This document shows, piece after piece, positions 9,129 to 18,835 of a stretch of DNA of 64,000 nucleotides. The position numbers and the translations under genes are program-made. The stretch covers positions 1,312,001 to 1,376,000 of the forward strand of contig CAXXFF010000002.1 of the NCBI GenBank assembly GCA_963676835.2, given 5' to 3'. Source of the DNA: Marispirochaeta sp. Lineage in GTDB: Bacteria; Spirochaetota; Spirochaetia; JC444; Marispirochaetaceae. The notes beneath the pieces were generated by a model. The model was not told the origin of the DNA and did not search any database. It saw only the letters and a list, made by a program, of their open reading frames with translations. Numbering within the stretch: the stretch's first letter is position 1; each line of letters begins with the position of its first letter.

Positions 9129-9524
9129 ATGCACTACCGGGATGGGGTAAATAAATCCTACTTGCTGGATGCTGTGCGGGTATTACGCAGGAGGGAGACC
9201 GGAGCTGAGAAGTTGGCCTGGCAGGTTTTGAGAAACAGGAATATCAAGGGGCTTAAATTCCGAAGGCAGCATCAGATCGGCTCATACATCGTTGATTTCT
9301 ATTGCAATGAACTCAAGCTGATAATTGAACTTGATGGTGGAATACACCTGGATCCGGAACAAAAAGAGAAAGATCGTCATCGTGATGACTATTTACGATC
9401 CAGCGGTTTTACTGTCCTACGTTTTCCGAATAATACTGTGTTACAGAATATAGTTGGCTTTATAACGGCGATAGAAGCCTTCACTTCTCAACCACCCTCT
9501 CCCTCTGGGAGAGGGCCGGGGTGA
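9129..9524 (+). CDS. DUF559 (Vsr-like / YcjD-family) endonuclease
   Basis: LRRRETGAEKLAW, KFRRQHQIGSYIVDFYC, IIELDGGIH, RDDYLRSSGFTVLRF; AGGAGG RBS; C-terminal PPSPSGRGPG is the translated right repeat. Confidence 0.92.
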   Translation: MHYRDGVNKSYLLDAVRVLRRRETGAEKLAWQVLRNRNIKGLKFRRQHQIGSYIVDFYCNELKLIIELDGGIHLDPEQKEKDRHRDDYLRSSGFTVLRFPNNTVLQNIVGFITAIEAFTSQPPSPSGRGPG

Positions 9525-9527
9525 GGG
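9495..9527 (-). repeat. BoxC/REP-like right inverted repeat, unit 2
   Basis: ccctctccc-tct-gggagaggg hairpin plus ccggggtgaggg; its reverse complement matches the left repeat. Confidence 0.9.
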
Positions 9528-9530
9528 GGC

Positions 9531-9592
9531 GCGTCAGAAGCTGAGGACTTACCCTGGATGATCAGCGCTGGTTAAGCAGCAAGAAAGAGTAG
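9531..9592 (+). repeat. Direct repeat copy 3 (displaced 3' end of the hydrogenase-like gene, with an internal deletion)
   Basis: 9531-9547 matches 7842-7858 and 9554-9592 matches 7882-7920. Confidence 0.9.
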
Positions 9593-9593
9593 C

Positions 9594-9983
9594 CTAGTCC
9601 ACACACCCGGGTATTTTCTCGCCCATCCGGGGAGGCACTTCAGCCTTGTTTCCGTTACAGTCCACGCAGGCAAAAGTGACAGTGGTGCTGAACACCAGGG
9701 TTTCTTCTTTCGCCCCGGGCTCGTCAGACCAGACATCCACGTTATAGGTTAGGGATGTTCGTCCATGTCGTATTTCATTTACATCAAAGCGAAGAATTGA
9801 TCCTACAGGTACGGGGTGGCGGAATTCTATCTTGTCCATGGCCCGGGTAACCAGCTGGCATCCGGGGTACTCCTTGGCTGCCACCAGCCAGGCATATTCG
9901 TCCACCCATTTGAGCATCTGACCGCCGAAGAGGTTGTCGTGATGGTTCAGGTGCTCCATGCGTACAATTGTATAAGTTTCCAC
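9594..9983 (-). CDS. Acyl-CoA thioesterase (hotdog fold, YciA-like)
   Basis: HLNHHDNLFGGQMLKWVDE, VTRAMDKIEF, GRTSL motifs. Confidence 0.88.
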   Translation of the reverse strand: METYTIVRMEHLNHHDNLFGGQMLKWVDEYAWLVAAKEYPGCQLVTRAMDKIEFRHPVPVGSILRFDVNEIRHGRTSLTYNVDVWSDEPGAKEETLVFSTTVTFACVDCNGNKAEVPPRMGEKIPGCVD

Positions 9984-10070
9984 ATGCCTACTATACCGCT
10001 TCTGCTCTTCCGGGGCAATTAATTTGCATCCTGAATCTCTATGAGTATTATCTAGGTAAGGGGGCGGTTT

Positions 10071-10808
10071 GTGCTGGCAGATTTAACAGGTTTTTTACGC
10101 GACTGGGAATTTGATGGCGAGAATACGGTGCGCATGCTTACGACCATTGACGGCCGGGAGATTATGCAGGTACGGCTGCCTCTGGGAGTGGAGCAGATCG
10201 AGCTCGAAGGGAGGCCCGACGGGATCTGTCCCGATGGGTATGATACGGCCCTGGATCTCTGCCGCTCCCGTCTGGCCCAGTCTGAAGGGGAGGGGAATTC
10301 CCGGGAGCTGACAGCGGATGAGTTTCTCCTGCTTCAGGGCGAAGGGATGCTCTTTTATCAGCGCTATCTGGTTCTTTTTCAGATTGGAGAGTACAGCCGT
10401 ACCGTCAGGGATACGGATCATAACCTTGCTCTTTGTGACTTTGTTGAACAACACTACCCTGGAGAGGACAGGGTTGCCCTGCTTCAGTACCGCCCGTATA
10501 TCCTCCGGGTTAATGCAGTTTCCCGTGCAATGCTTGATTTAAACGACGGGAACGCCGAATCAGCAAGAAAACGACTTGAAAATACGGCGGAAATCGTCAA
10601 AAATATGAGCGGCGTTGCAAGTCCCATTTTTGAATTTGAAAAGCTGAGGGCAATTCAGCATCTGAATGCTATACTGGATCAGATACAGGAACGTTCCTTA
10701 AGTAAACGGGATCTGCTGGAGCGGGAACTGCACGATGCAGTGGAACGGGAGGAGTACGAACGTGCCGCCCGTATCCGTGACCAGCTTAAGGAACTCGGCG
10801 ACCAATAG
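10071..10808 (+). CDS. UvrB/UvrC-motif-containing protein
   Basis: C-terminal LHDAVEREEYERAARIRDQL coiled-coil motif; N-terminal QVRLPLGVEQIELEGRPDG. Confidence 0.75.
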   Translation: MLADLTGFLRDWEFDGENTVRMLTTIDGREIMQVRLPLGVEQIELEGRPDGICPDGYDTALDLCRSRLAQSEGEGNSRELTADEFLLLQGEGMLFYQRYLVLFQIGEYSRTVRDTDHNLALCDFVEQHYPGEDRVALLQYRPYILRVNAVSRAMLDLNDGNAESARKRLENTAEIVKNMSGVASPIFEFEKLRAIQHLNAILDQIQERSLSKRDLLERELHDAVEREEYERAARIRDQLKELGDQ

Positions 10809-10841
10809 CTCCAGGCAGCTTCAAGGTAGAAATTAGAAAGC

Positions 10842-11531
10842 GTGAAAAAGGTTTATAAAGAGATTATCTCCGATATTATCAACTCCGTCCGTGACCAGGA
10901 TTTTGCTCCGGGAGACCGACTGCCCCCGGAAAGGGACTTTGCCGAGAAGTTCGGGGTTTCCCGGGCATCCGTAAGAGAAGCACTTCGGGTTATGGAGATT
11001 GTGGGACTCATAGAGACCCGCAGGGGCGGTGGTTCGTATATCACCGAGCTGAATATTATTCCTTTTCTCAGTACTCTGGCGCCGTTGTTTGTAGAGAGAA
11101 AGGGCCTTGCGTTCGAACTGCTGGATCTTCGCTTTCTCATGGAGCTGAAAGCTGCGGAGCTTGCGGCCATAAAGATGACTCCCATTAAAGCCAGCTACCT
11201 GATGGAACCGATTGAGCGGATGAAACGGGCGGTTATTGAAGAAAAGGCCGATCTCAGTGCCAAAGCGGACATAGAGTTTCATGAACGTATCTTTGAGATT
11301 GCCGATCATTTTGTGCTGCAGCGGAGTGCCGAGTTCGTAACCACCCTGCTGGAGATCAGCATCAAGGGGCGGCGCCATCTTGTTCTGGAGCGAGCGGAAA
11401 ATCCTTCCGAGCTGTATGATCAGCATAAAGAGATATACGATGCCATTGTAACCGGAAAGCCCGAAGAGGCTTCGGACCGAATGAAAAAGCATCTTAATCT
11501 GGTACTGGAGCTCTACCGCAAAGAGCAGTAG
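10842..11531 (+). CDS. GntR/FadR-family transcriptional regulator
   Basis: PGDRLPPERDFAEKFGVSRASVREAL wHTH; FCD domain ADIEFH…HKEIYDAI. Confidence 0.9.
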   Translation: MKKVYKEIISDIINSVRDQDFAPGDRLPPERDFAEKFGVSRASVREALRVMEIVGLIETRRGGGSYITELNIIPFLSTLAPLFVERKGLAFELLDLRFLMELKAAELAAIKMTPIKASYLMEPIERMKRAVIEEKADLSAKADIEFHERIFEIADHFVLQRSAEFVTTLLEISIKGRRHLVLERAENPSELYDQHKEIYDAIVTGKPEEASDRMKKHLNLVLELYRKEQ

Positions 11532-11570
11532 AGCCCGGTTTCCGTCTATATCTTTTTAATAGCCTGTCTG

Positions 11571-13940
11571 CTATTCCTCTTCAGCAAGGGGTTCCATAAG
11601 CAGAATTCCTTCCGACTTCATCAGGGAATATATCATTGCGGCTCTGTTTAATTTCTGAAGTTGAGCCAGTGATTCCATATTCTGAAGCGGTGCAGACAGG
11701 GTTTCTGTCATGCGCATTGAAAAGGGAACATCCCGGTAGGAGTAGTCTACCAGCATGTATTCACCATTGATTCCGGATTTCTCAGCGGCGGTCTCTATAG
11801 CGCTGAAGAGACCTCCTAACTGGTCTACCAGTCCCCGCTCCAGTGCCTGGCGCCCTGTCCATACTCTTCCCTGGGCATATTCGTTAACCTTCTCCTTCTC
11901 CATGGATCTGCCGTCGGCCACGGTCTGAAGAAAAAGATCGTAAATATAATCTACTGATTCCTTTATTCTCGCAGTCTGCTCCTCGCTGAAAGGAGTAAGG
12001 GGATTGAAGAAGCCTGCGTTTGGTGCTGTTTCCACAGTATCTGTTCTGACTCCGTATTTCTCCAGCAGCCCGCTGAACTCGGGAAAAGCTGCGTACACGC
12101 CGATTGACCCGGTTATACTGACCGGGGAAGCTATAATGGTATCTGCGTAGGCAGCAATGTAGTAGCCTCCTGAAGCACCGGCGCCTGCAATGGATACGAT
12201 TACCGGTTTGCCCGCCTCTGTGGTCAACTTTACTTCCCGGGCGATAATATCCGAGGCCATTGAGGATCCCCCGCCGGAATCGATCCGCAGAACCACTGCT
12301 TTTACAAAGGGGTTCTCCCGTGCAGCCCGGATTGCAGAACTCAGACTGTCTGCTCCAATAGTTGATCCGGGAATTCCCTGGCCGGGAACAATCAGCCCGA
12401 CTGCATAAATGAGGGCAATCTGCTGAAAATAGGGTTCGCTCCAGTCTTTCCTGTAGGGCGGCAGGAAGTTTCCCCCTGTTATGACCGGATGTTTATGAAA
12501 ACCGGTCAGTTTGTCAGTAAGCTCATCCGGGTAGATAACGCCGTCAATAAGACCGGCTTCCACTGCCTGTGAGCTGACAAAGTAGGGCCCCCGGGCGGCC
12601 AGTTCTTTGATGGGGGCCGATAGCTTGCCCTGCCGACCGCTGCTTATAAAACCAAGCAGGGACTCATAGATGTCACTGTAGAAGAGCTCCAGCACTTCCC
12701 TCTCTTCAGCGGTCATCTCCGGCTCGGAAAAACCGTTCATGGCTGTTTTGTAGGGGTGGGATCGGATGTTGTGGACTTTTATGCCGAAGGCATCCAGCAG
12801 GCCCTTGAAGTAGAGTTTATCTGTACCTATTCCGGTAAGGTTAACGGTACCCATCTTGTTCATGTACACCGCATCCCCTGTGGCGGCGGCAAGTACATAA
12901 TTTTGAAGGCTGATATTCTCAAAATAGTAGACTATCTTTTTGCCTTCTTCACGAAAGCGGTTGAGGCTTTCTATGAGCTCGCTGTACCCGGCCCAGCTCA
13001 ACTGAAAGTTGGCATTCTTTAATACCAGACCTTTTATGGCCGGATTATTCTTGAGCTCTTCAATCTCTTTCAGTACTTCATACAGGGTGGGATTCTGTGC
13101 AGAAAAGAGAGAGAATCCCCGGGAAGGTTCTTCGACAATGATCTTGCCTGGATTGAAATTCACATAGGGGTCAGTTACCGGGAGAACCGGGGTAGTGTAA
13201 TTTCTACCTCCCAGGTGTACATATGCATAACCCCTGGTGTCGTTGTCTGCAATGGTTCCGAATCTGCTGATCCCCATACTGTAACTGATTCCGGCACTGA
13301 TCTGGTTTGTCCCGGTGTTATAGCTTGCCTGAAGCTCAACTCCGGGTACCAGGCTGCTGGTTGCACCGATAATCGGTTCTGAGAATCCATCTTCCCAGGG
13401 AAAATCCATACTCAGGCTCAGAATCCCCGGGTTTTTGTCCAGTGAGGCAAAGGGGCGCAGGCCGAGGCCTGCCAGCCCGTACATTCCGGAGGTAAAGAGT
13501 TTTTCAGCAGTCCCTGCAAATGAGAAGTAATCCGATGGTCTGCTCAGAATGCTCAGGCCTCCCGCCGGTGCTCCTATGTCGCTGTTATCCCAGGAAAACC
13601 GGAATCCTGCATAGGTATTGGGGAGGATCTCTGCCGCACTGAGAATATTATGGTTGAACGAGGTGTCCTGCTTGTCAAAATAGTAGCCCAGGCTGCTGCC
13701 GGAGAGCTGAAAAACAAAATCGGAGAATAACTCCGGCTCTTCTCCGTTTTCTGAATCAAGCTGATAGGGCTGAATATAGGCTATTCCCCCTGCATTCCCG
13801 TAAGCCATGGCGGCTGGGTTGATGCGTATGCTGAGAAAGTCATCGCCGACGGCACTGCCTGGAAAATCAACGGCGTAAACAAGGGATATAATTGAAAGAA
13901 AGAGAAGAGTAAGGGGGCTCTTTTTCACCTGGGACTCCAT
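11571..13940 (-). CDS. sppA: Signal peptide peptidase SppA (S49) with an N-terminal extension
   Basis: YKTA, LRIDSGGGS, GASGGYYIA, TGSIGV, AQGRVWTGRQALERGLVDQLGG. Confidence 0.88.
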   Translation of the reverse strand: MESQVKKSPLTLLFLSIISLVYAVDFPGSAVGDDFLSIRINPAAMAYGNAGGIAYIQPYQLDSENGEEPELFSDFVFQLSGSSLGYYFDKQDTSFNHNILSAAEILPNTYAGFRFSWDNSDIGAPAGGLSILSRPSDYFSFAGTAEKLFTSGMYGLAGLGLRPFASLDKNPGILSLSMDFPWEDGFSEPIIGATSSLVPGVELQASYNTGTNQISAGISYSMGISRFGTIADNDTRGYAYVHLGGRNYTTPVLPVTDPYVNFNPGKIIVEEPSRGFSLFSAQNPTLYEVLKEIEELKNNPAIKGLVLKNANFQLSWAGYSELIESLNRFREEGKKIVYYFENISLQNYVLAAATGDAVYMNKMGTVNLTGIGTDKLYFKGLLDAFGIKVHNIRSHPYKTAMNGFSEPEMTAEEREVLELFYSDIYESLLGFISSGRQGKLSAPIKELAARGPYFVSSQAVEAGLIDGVIYPDELTDKLTGFHKHPVITGGNFLPPYRKDWSEPYFQQIALIYAVGLIVPGQGIPGSTIGADSLSSAIRAARENPFVKAVVLRIDSGGGSSMASDIIAREVKLTTEAGKPVIVSIAGAGASGGYYIAAYADTIIASPVSITGSIGVYAAFPEFSGLLEKYGVRTDTVETAPNAGFFNPLTPFSEEQTARIKESVDYIYDLFLQTVADGRSMEKEKVNEYAQGRVWTGRQALERGLVDQLGGLFSAIETAAEKSGINGEYMLVDYSYRDVPFSMRMTETLSAPLQNMESLAQLQKLNRAAMIYSLMKSEGILLMEPLAEEE

Positions 13941-13985
13941 TTTTTCGTATAGTCTTTAAAAGATACGGTCAGCCTTAACGGGGGG

Positions 13986-15797
13986 TCAAGAAAGAGTTTC
14001 TGTTCCGGAAGGAAAAAGAATGGTGAACACAGATCCTTTTTCAATTTCGCTTTCCACGGTGATGGAGCCTTTGAGAATATCCTTTACGGTGGAGGCGCTT
14101 ATGTGCAGACCGATCCCGGAGCCGCCGGAGTCTGCCTTGGTGGTAAAGTAGGGATCAAAAATCTTGTCTTTTATCTCTTCGGGAATACCTACGCCGTTGT
14201 CTTTAACGCTTATAAGGACAGTATTGTCATTGGTTTTCTCGCCCTGGATGGTTATTATCCCTTCTTCCCTGCCGGAAAATCCATGGATAATGCTGTTCAT
14301 AACCAGATTGGTAATTACCTGGGAGAGTGCTCCGGGGTAACTGTCAACGATAATCTCCGGCTCACACTCAATTAGCACTTCTGCACAGGAGCGTTTAATT
14401 ACCGGCTTAAGGCTGGTTACAATTATCTTAAGATATTCATCCAGGTTAAACCGTCTCAGCTTTTCGCTGCTTTGATCCACCGCAACCTGTTTTATATCGG
14501 TGATAAATTCCCGGGCACGGTCGAGGTTCCTGTTGATTATGGACATAGCCTCTTCGGCAGTATTGAGGAAGGTTTCCAGATCTTTCTTGGTAAGTCTGTT
14601 TTCGCGAAAGTTGCGAATAATGGTCTCTACTTTACCCGCCATATGGGTTCCGGCAGTGTAGGCTACTCCCACGGGGGTATTGATTTCGTGGGTTATTCCT
14701 CCCACAAGAGACCCCAGAGATGCAAGCCGCTCTGATTCAATAAGCTGTGCCTTTGCATTGGAGAGTTCATCCAGGGAGTAGTCCAGCTCCCTGGTCCGTT
14801 CGGCAATCATGCTTTCGAGTTGGTATTGAAACTGCTCCAGCTTTACCTGGGCTGCCCTTTTTTCACTCTCATCAATTGCTATACCTTCAAAATAGCCTGG
14901 CTCTCCTGTTTCTGTACGTACGACCCTGATCATTACGGAGGCAGGAAAAATGACCCCGTATCTGTTCTTCAGGGAGACTTCAAATCTTTCCATTGAGTTT
15001 GAGTCTTTCAGCACTTCATGAATCTTATCAAACTCTTCGGTGTCGGCAAAATTCTGCTCTCGTGCGTTGGTTATATCGTTGATGAACTCTTCCGGATCTT
15101 CGTAGCCGTACATTTCCGCCAGGTACTGATTTGCTTCCAGATACTGCCCTTCTCTGGTTCCGCGGAAAATTCCTACCGGGAGGTTCTGGAAGAGTTCGTG
15201 GTAGATCTTCCCCGCTTCTTTGAGGGTTTCCATGGTCTCTTTTACCATGGAGATATCCGTTACGGTAATCAGCCTTGCTGCTTCTCCAGAACCATGCGGG
15301 TCTGGAATATTTACAATCCGTACGATACAGGGGAAGGAGGTCCCGTCTTTTTTCCTGTGAACAGTTTCAATCTCGCCGAATCCGTTGTGTTCAAGAGAAT
15401 AATAGAGATCTCTGCCTACCCGGTCATACTCCTCCTGACTGTCAAACATCAGCCTTGATTCAATACCGAAAAACTCTTCCTGGGTATAGCCGTAGAGCTC
15501 CAGTATCGCCGGGTTCCCCCAGAGGGCTTTGCGTTCAATGGTGAGGCATGTGGGAAGAGGAATAGCGCGGAGGAGTTCTTTTTTTGAGGGAAGTTTTATG
15601 TTTGTACCACTCGGCAGAGCAAAGGCTGATGACTCCATCCACTTCCGTATAAGGGGTATAAGCAGTACTGTAACTATTCCGGTTAGAAGCAGGCCGATTC
15701 CCAGTCCGGAAAAAAATGATGAATTCAATATATCCTCACCTTCTAAACTATCGAATATTATTACTGCCGGGTCAAGAATTAAATCTATTTTCTCCAT
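13986..15797 (-). CDS. PAS-domain sensor histidine kinase
   Basis: One TM, two PAS-like domains, H-box THEINTP, NSIIHG, DNGVGI, FDPYFTTK, GSGIGL. Confidence 0.9.
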   Translation of the reverse strand: MEKIDLILDPAVIIFDSLEGEDILNSSFFSGLGIGLLLTGIVTVLLIPLIRKWMESSAFALPSGTNIKLPSKKELLRAIPLPTCLTIERKALWGNPAILELYGYTQEEFFGIESRLMFDSQEEYDRVGRDLYYSLEHNGFGEIETVHRKKDGTSFPCIVRIVNIPDPHGSGEAARLITVTDISMVKETMETLKEAGKIYHELFQNLPVGIFRGTREGQYLEANQYLAEMYGYEDPEEFINDITNAREQNFADTEEFDKIHEVLKDSNSMERFEVSLKNRYGVIFPASVMIRVVRTETGEPGYFEGIAIDESEKRAAQVKLEQFQYQLESMIAERTRELDYSLDELSNAKAQLIESERLASLGSLVGGITHEINTPVGVAYTAGTHMAGKVETIIRNFRENRLTKKDLETFLNTAEEAMSIINRNLDRAREFITDIKQVAVDQSSEKLRRFNLDEYLKIIVTSLKPVIKRSCAEVLIECEPEIIVDSYPGALSQVITNLVMNSIIHGFSGREEGIITIQGEKTNDNTVLISVKDNGVGIPEEIKDKIFDPYFTTKADSGGSGIGLHISASTVKDILKGSITVESEIEKGSVFTILFPSGTETLS

Positions 15798-15802
15798 CTG
15801 CT

Positions 15803-15846
15803 CTACAGATTTGTCGAACTATGTTTGCAATGCTACGAAATTGTAG
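15803..15846. promoter_or_regulatory. Two TAC-N6-GT(A/C) upstream activator sites for the nifV-nifA promoter
   Basis: CTAC-agattt-GTCG (15803-15816) and CTAC-gaaatt-GTAG (15833-15846), 30 bp apart. Confidence 0.55.
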
Positions 15847-15902
15847 GTAAAGGTGCTGCTGTGGATGATGCTAACCTATGTGAAGTAATGACTTAGGGTA
15901 TT

Positions 15903-15918
15903 TGGTACGCTTCTTGCA
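15903..15918 (+). promoter_or_regulatory. Sigma-54 (-24/-12) promoter of nifV-nifA
   Basis: TGGTACG-cttc-TTGCA with exact GG-N10-GC spacing. Confidence 0.75.
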
Positions 15919-15928
15919 TATTATTAGC

Positions 15929-17068
15929 ATGCGCATTTCCTCGTCATCTTCCACCGGCAAGGTTCTGGTGGTGGATTCTACCCTGCGGGATGGTGAACAG
16001 GCTCCGGGTATTGCTTTTTCGTATGATGAAAAACTTGCTCTGGCCCGATTATTGTATGAATCCGGGGTGGATGAGATCGAAACTCCCATTCCCAGCGGCG
16101 GTGAAGATGAGTTTCGCCTGAACCGGGAGCTGAACAGCCGGAAAATTCCGGCTCTGACGTTCTGCCGGGCAAGGAGAGAAGATATAGATGCTGCAGAAGC
16201 GTGCGGAGCACGGCGGGTACATATCTCTTTTCCGGTTTCAGACAGAATGCTCAAGATTTTCGGTATGAATCATGGCTGGCTGCTGGATACTATCGGAGAA
16301 ACCGGACGGCTCTGCTCGGACCGTTTTGAATTTTTCTCCGCAGGCATGCTGGACGCGAGCAGGGCGGGAATGCAGCGGTGTCTCGGGTTTTCCGAAGCTG
16401 CCCGGGAAGCAGGCTTTATGCGGATACGGTATGCCGATACCCTGGGAATTCAGTTCCCCGGCGAAGTTGCGAAAGTGTTTGCCAGTCTTTCATTTGTCGG
16501 TCTGCCCCTTGAGTACCATGGTCACAACGATTTCGGCCTGGCCCTCGCCAATGGTCTGGCTGCGGTTGAGGGTGGCGCGGCAGCAGTGTCTGCAACTGTT
16601 CTGGGAATAGGAGAACGGGCAGGGAATCTTGCACTGGAGGAGTTTGCCACGGCTCTGCATTTTTCCGGAAAAGGCAGAACCGGAATACAGCTTGATAAAC
16701 TTATTCCTCTCTGCAGAAAGACTGCGGAATTTTCTCATCGTGAAATCCCTTCGGACAAACCTATTGCGGGATCAGCGGTATTTCAGCATGAATCAGGTAT
16801 ACATACAGCGGCATTAATCCGGGATGAGTCGATTTTACAGCCGTTTTCACCCGAGCTTGTAGGGGGGGGCGGTTCTACTCTTGTTTTCGGGGCAACTTCA
16901 GGGTCTCATGCTCTGGAAGAAGCCTTCACCTCTTTAGGGATTGAAGCCGGTCATGAAGATATTCTTGGTTTTCTGGTCTGGCTGCGTTCTAAAGCGCGCC
17001 AGGAAAAACGATCCTATTCTGTAAACGATTTGGAGCATCTATATGGCGACTACAAGCAGCAAAAATGA
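15929..17068 (+). CDS. nifV: Homocitrate synthase
   Basis: [41 protein letters not shown]; nif context; start taken at ATG 15929. Confidence 0.85.
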   Translation: MRISSSSSTGKVLVVDSTLRDGEQAPGIAFSYDEKLALARLLYESGVDEIETPIPSGGEDEFRLNRELNSRKIPALTFCRARREDIDAAEACGARRVHISFPVSDRMLKIFGMNHGWLLDTIGETGRLCSDRFEFFSAGMLDASRAGMQRCLGFSEAAREAGFMRIRYADTLGIQFPGEVAKVFASLSFVGLPLEYHGHNDFGLALANGLAAVEGGAAAVSATVLGIGERAGNLALEEFATALHFSGKGRTGIQLDKLIPLCRKTAEFSHREIPSDKPIAGSAVFQHESGIHTAALIRDESILQPFSPELVGGGGSTLVFGATSGSHALEEAFTSLGIEAGHEDILGFLVWLRSKARQEKRSYSVNDLEHLYGDYKQQK

Positions 17069-18632
17069 AGCTGCCAATTTCTGTACCCACTGTGAGGTTC
17101 AGTTCAAGGAAATTCTCGAGCTTCTGGAGAATCTCAATGAGACAATTCAGAAGGATGATGATATTGCCAATATCGTAAGTGATACCCTTAAGGTTCTGTC
17201 TCAGCATAAACAGTTTGTCCGGGGCAGTGTTACTATTTTCGACCGGAAAAACAGCAAGATTGTAACCAAAGAGTCATTCGGGCTCAGTTCTGAGGAGCAG
17301 AGCCGTGGAATATATACCCTTGGCGAGGGGATAACCGGAGAAGTTGTGGAGACGGGGAAATCCATTCTTGTCACCAATATTTCGGAAGACAGCCGTTTTC
17401 TTAACCGTACCGGTGCCCGCCGTAATATGAGCGGCGAATCTACGGCTTTTATCTGTGTGCCGGTAAAGTCGGTCAGAGAAGTTATCGGTACCCTGAGTAT
17501 AGAGCGCTTAACCTCCGAGAGAACCGAGCTGGAAAGGGATCTGCAGTTTCTCCAGGTAACCGCCTCCATGATCAGCCAGGCTGTACGATTGTACCGCGGC
17601 CATTATGAGGAGCATCAGCAGCTTATCAGCGAGAACCTGCGGCTTACTGAAGCACTTAACGGCGGAGCCCGGCCGGGCAATATTATCGGCGAGACTACCA
17701 ATATGCGGGGGCTCTACTCCATGGTCCGCCGTGTGGCCGCAACCAATGCCACTGTCCTGATCCTTGGAGAAAGCGGTGTTGGAAAAGAGCTTGTTGCAAA
17801 GGCCATTCATGATGCCAGCAATCGCAACGGCTCTCCTTTTGTTACCCTCAACTGTGCCGCGCTGCCGGAAAATATCATTGAAAGTGAACTTTTCGGTCAT
17901 GAGAAAGGTGCCTTTACCGGTGCTGTTTCGGAGCGGAAAGGGCGGTTTGAACTGGCCGACAGGGGAACCATTTTTCTGGATGAGATTGGAGAACTGGGGC
18001 TGAATATGCAGGCTAAACTTCTGCGGGTACTGCAGGAACGTGAGTTTGAGCGGGTCGGCGGTGTTAAAACCCTGCATACCGATGTTCGTGTACTGGCGGC
18101 AACCAACCGTGACCTTGAGGAAGAGGTAAAGGCCGGCAAGTTTCGGGAGGATCTCTACTACCGATTGAACATCATCCCCCTTACCGTGCCACCCTTAAGG
18201 GAGAGAAAGGCGGATATTCTTCCACTGGTAAATCATTTTATCGAAAAAACCAACCGCAGAAACGGTCTGGATATAAAAAGAATCTCCACGCCGGCTATTG
18301 ATATGCTTATGGCCTACCACTGGCCCGGTAATGTCAGGGAACTGGAAAACTGCATTGAACGTGCAGCAATTCTTTCCGAGGACGGGGTTATTCATGGACA
18401 GCATCTGCCTCCGACGCTGCAGGTTGCATCACCGGTACACCGGGAAGGTGTCAGTGAAGGATCTCTGCAGCAGCGGCTGGATGCAGTGGAATACGAGTTG
18501 CTGGTGGACGGACTCAAAGCGACAAAGGGGAATCTTTCCAAGGCTGCAGAAATGCTGGGTCTTACCAACCGTCAGATAGGAATCCGCATGCGCAAGTACG
18601 GATTGAGCTTCCGGGAGTTCCGGGGCTACTGA
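17043..18632 (+). CDS. nifA: Sigma-54 activator NifA (AnfA-like GAF-AAA+-HTH)
   Basis: GAF ([12 protein letters not shown]), [33 protein letters not shown], Fis-type HTH; directly upstream of nifH. Confidence 0.88.
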   Translation: MATTSSKNEAANFCTHCEVQFKEILELLENLNETIQKDDDIANIVSDTLKVLSQHKQFVRGSVTIFDRKNSKIVTKESFGLSSEEQSRGIYTLGEGITGEVVETGKSILVTNISEDSRFLNRTGARRNMSGESTAFICVPVKSVREVIGTLSIERLTSERTELERDLQFLQVTASMISQAVRLYRGHYEEHQQLISENLRLTEALNGGARPGNIIGETTNMRGLYSMVRRVAATNATVLILGESGVGKELVAKAIHDASNRNGSPFVTLNCAALPENIIESELFGHEKGAFTGAVSERKGRFELADRGTIFLDEIGELGLNMQAKLLRVLQEREFERVGGVKTLHTDVRVLAATNRDLEEEVKAGKFREDLYYRLNIIPLTVPPLRERKADILPLVNHFIEKTNRRNGLDIKRISTPAIDMLMAYHWPGNVRELENCIERAAILSEDGVIHGQHLPPTLQVASPVHREGVSEGSLQQRLDAVEYELLVDGLKATKGNLSKAAEMLGLTNRQIGIRMRKYGLSFREFRGY

Positions 18633-18653
18633 TCTTTATTGATTCAATCAAAT

Positions 18654-18682
18654 GCCGTCCCTCCCGGGGGCGGCTTTTTTTT
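18654..18682 (+). terminator. Intrinsic terminator after nifA
   Basis: gccgtccc…gggcggc stem followed by T8. Confidence 0.75.
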
Positions 18683-18740
18683 ACCTCCATGTACAGCGGT
18701 TTAGTTCCCGGTAAAGTGAATTTACATAAAGGTAAATTCA
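18682..18740. promoter_or_regulatory. Two TAC-N6-GTA upstream activator sites for the nifH promoter
   Basis: TAC-ctccat-GTA (18682-18693) and the perfect palindrome tgaattTAC-ataaag-GTAaattca (18717-18740). Confidence 0.6.
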
Positions 18741-18835
18741 GTGTCTGGATATTTTATTGGAATGTTTGCTGTTTGCTGTTTGTAAAACATTATATTATAA
18801 CGAATTAGAAAATATATAATTTTCACCGGTATTTT

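Larger units (their letters stand above)
7921..9592 (+). mobile_element. Putative tandem two-unit DUF559/BoxC-like element inserted at the 3' end of the hydrogenase-like gene
   Basis: Flanking direct repeats, duplicated ~180-bp leader (7921-8105 vs 8964-9150), paired inverted repeats, AT-rich interior. Confidence 0.65.

Noticed and set aside
7882..9592. CRISPR array, IS or prophage att interpretation of the repeats
   Set aside because: Only three copies, with ~0.6-1 kb gene-containing intervals; no cas, transposase or integrase in the window.
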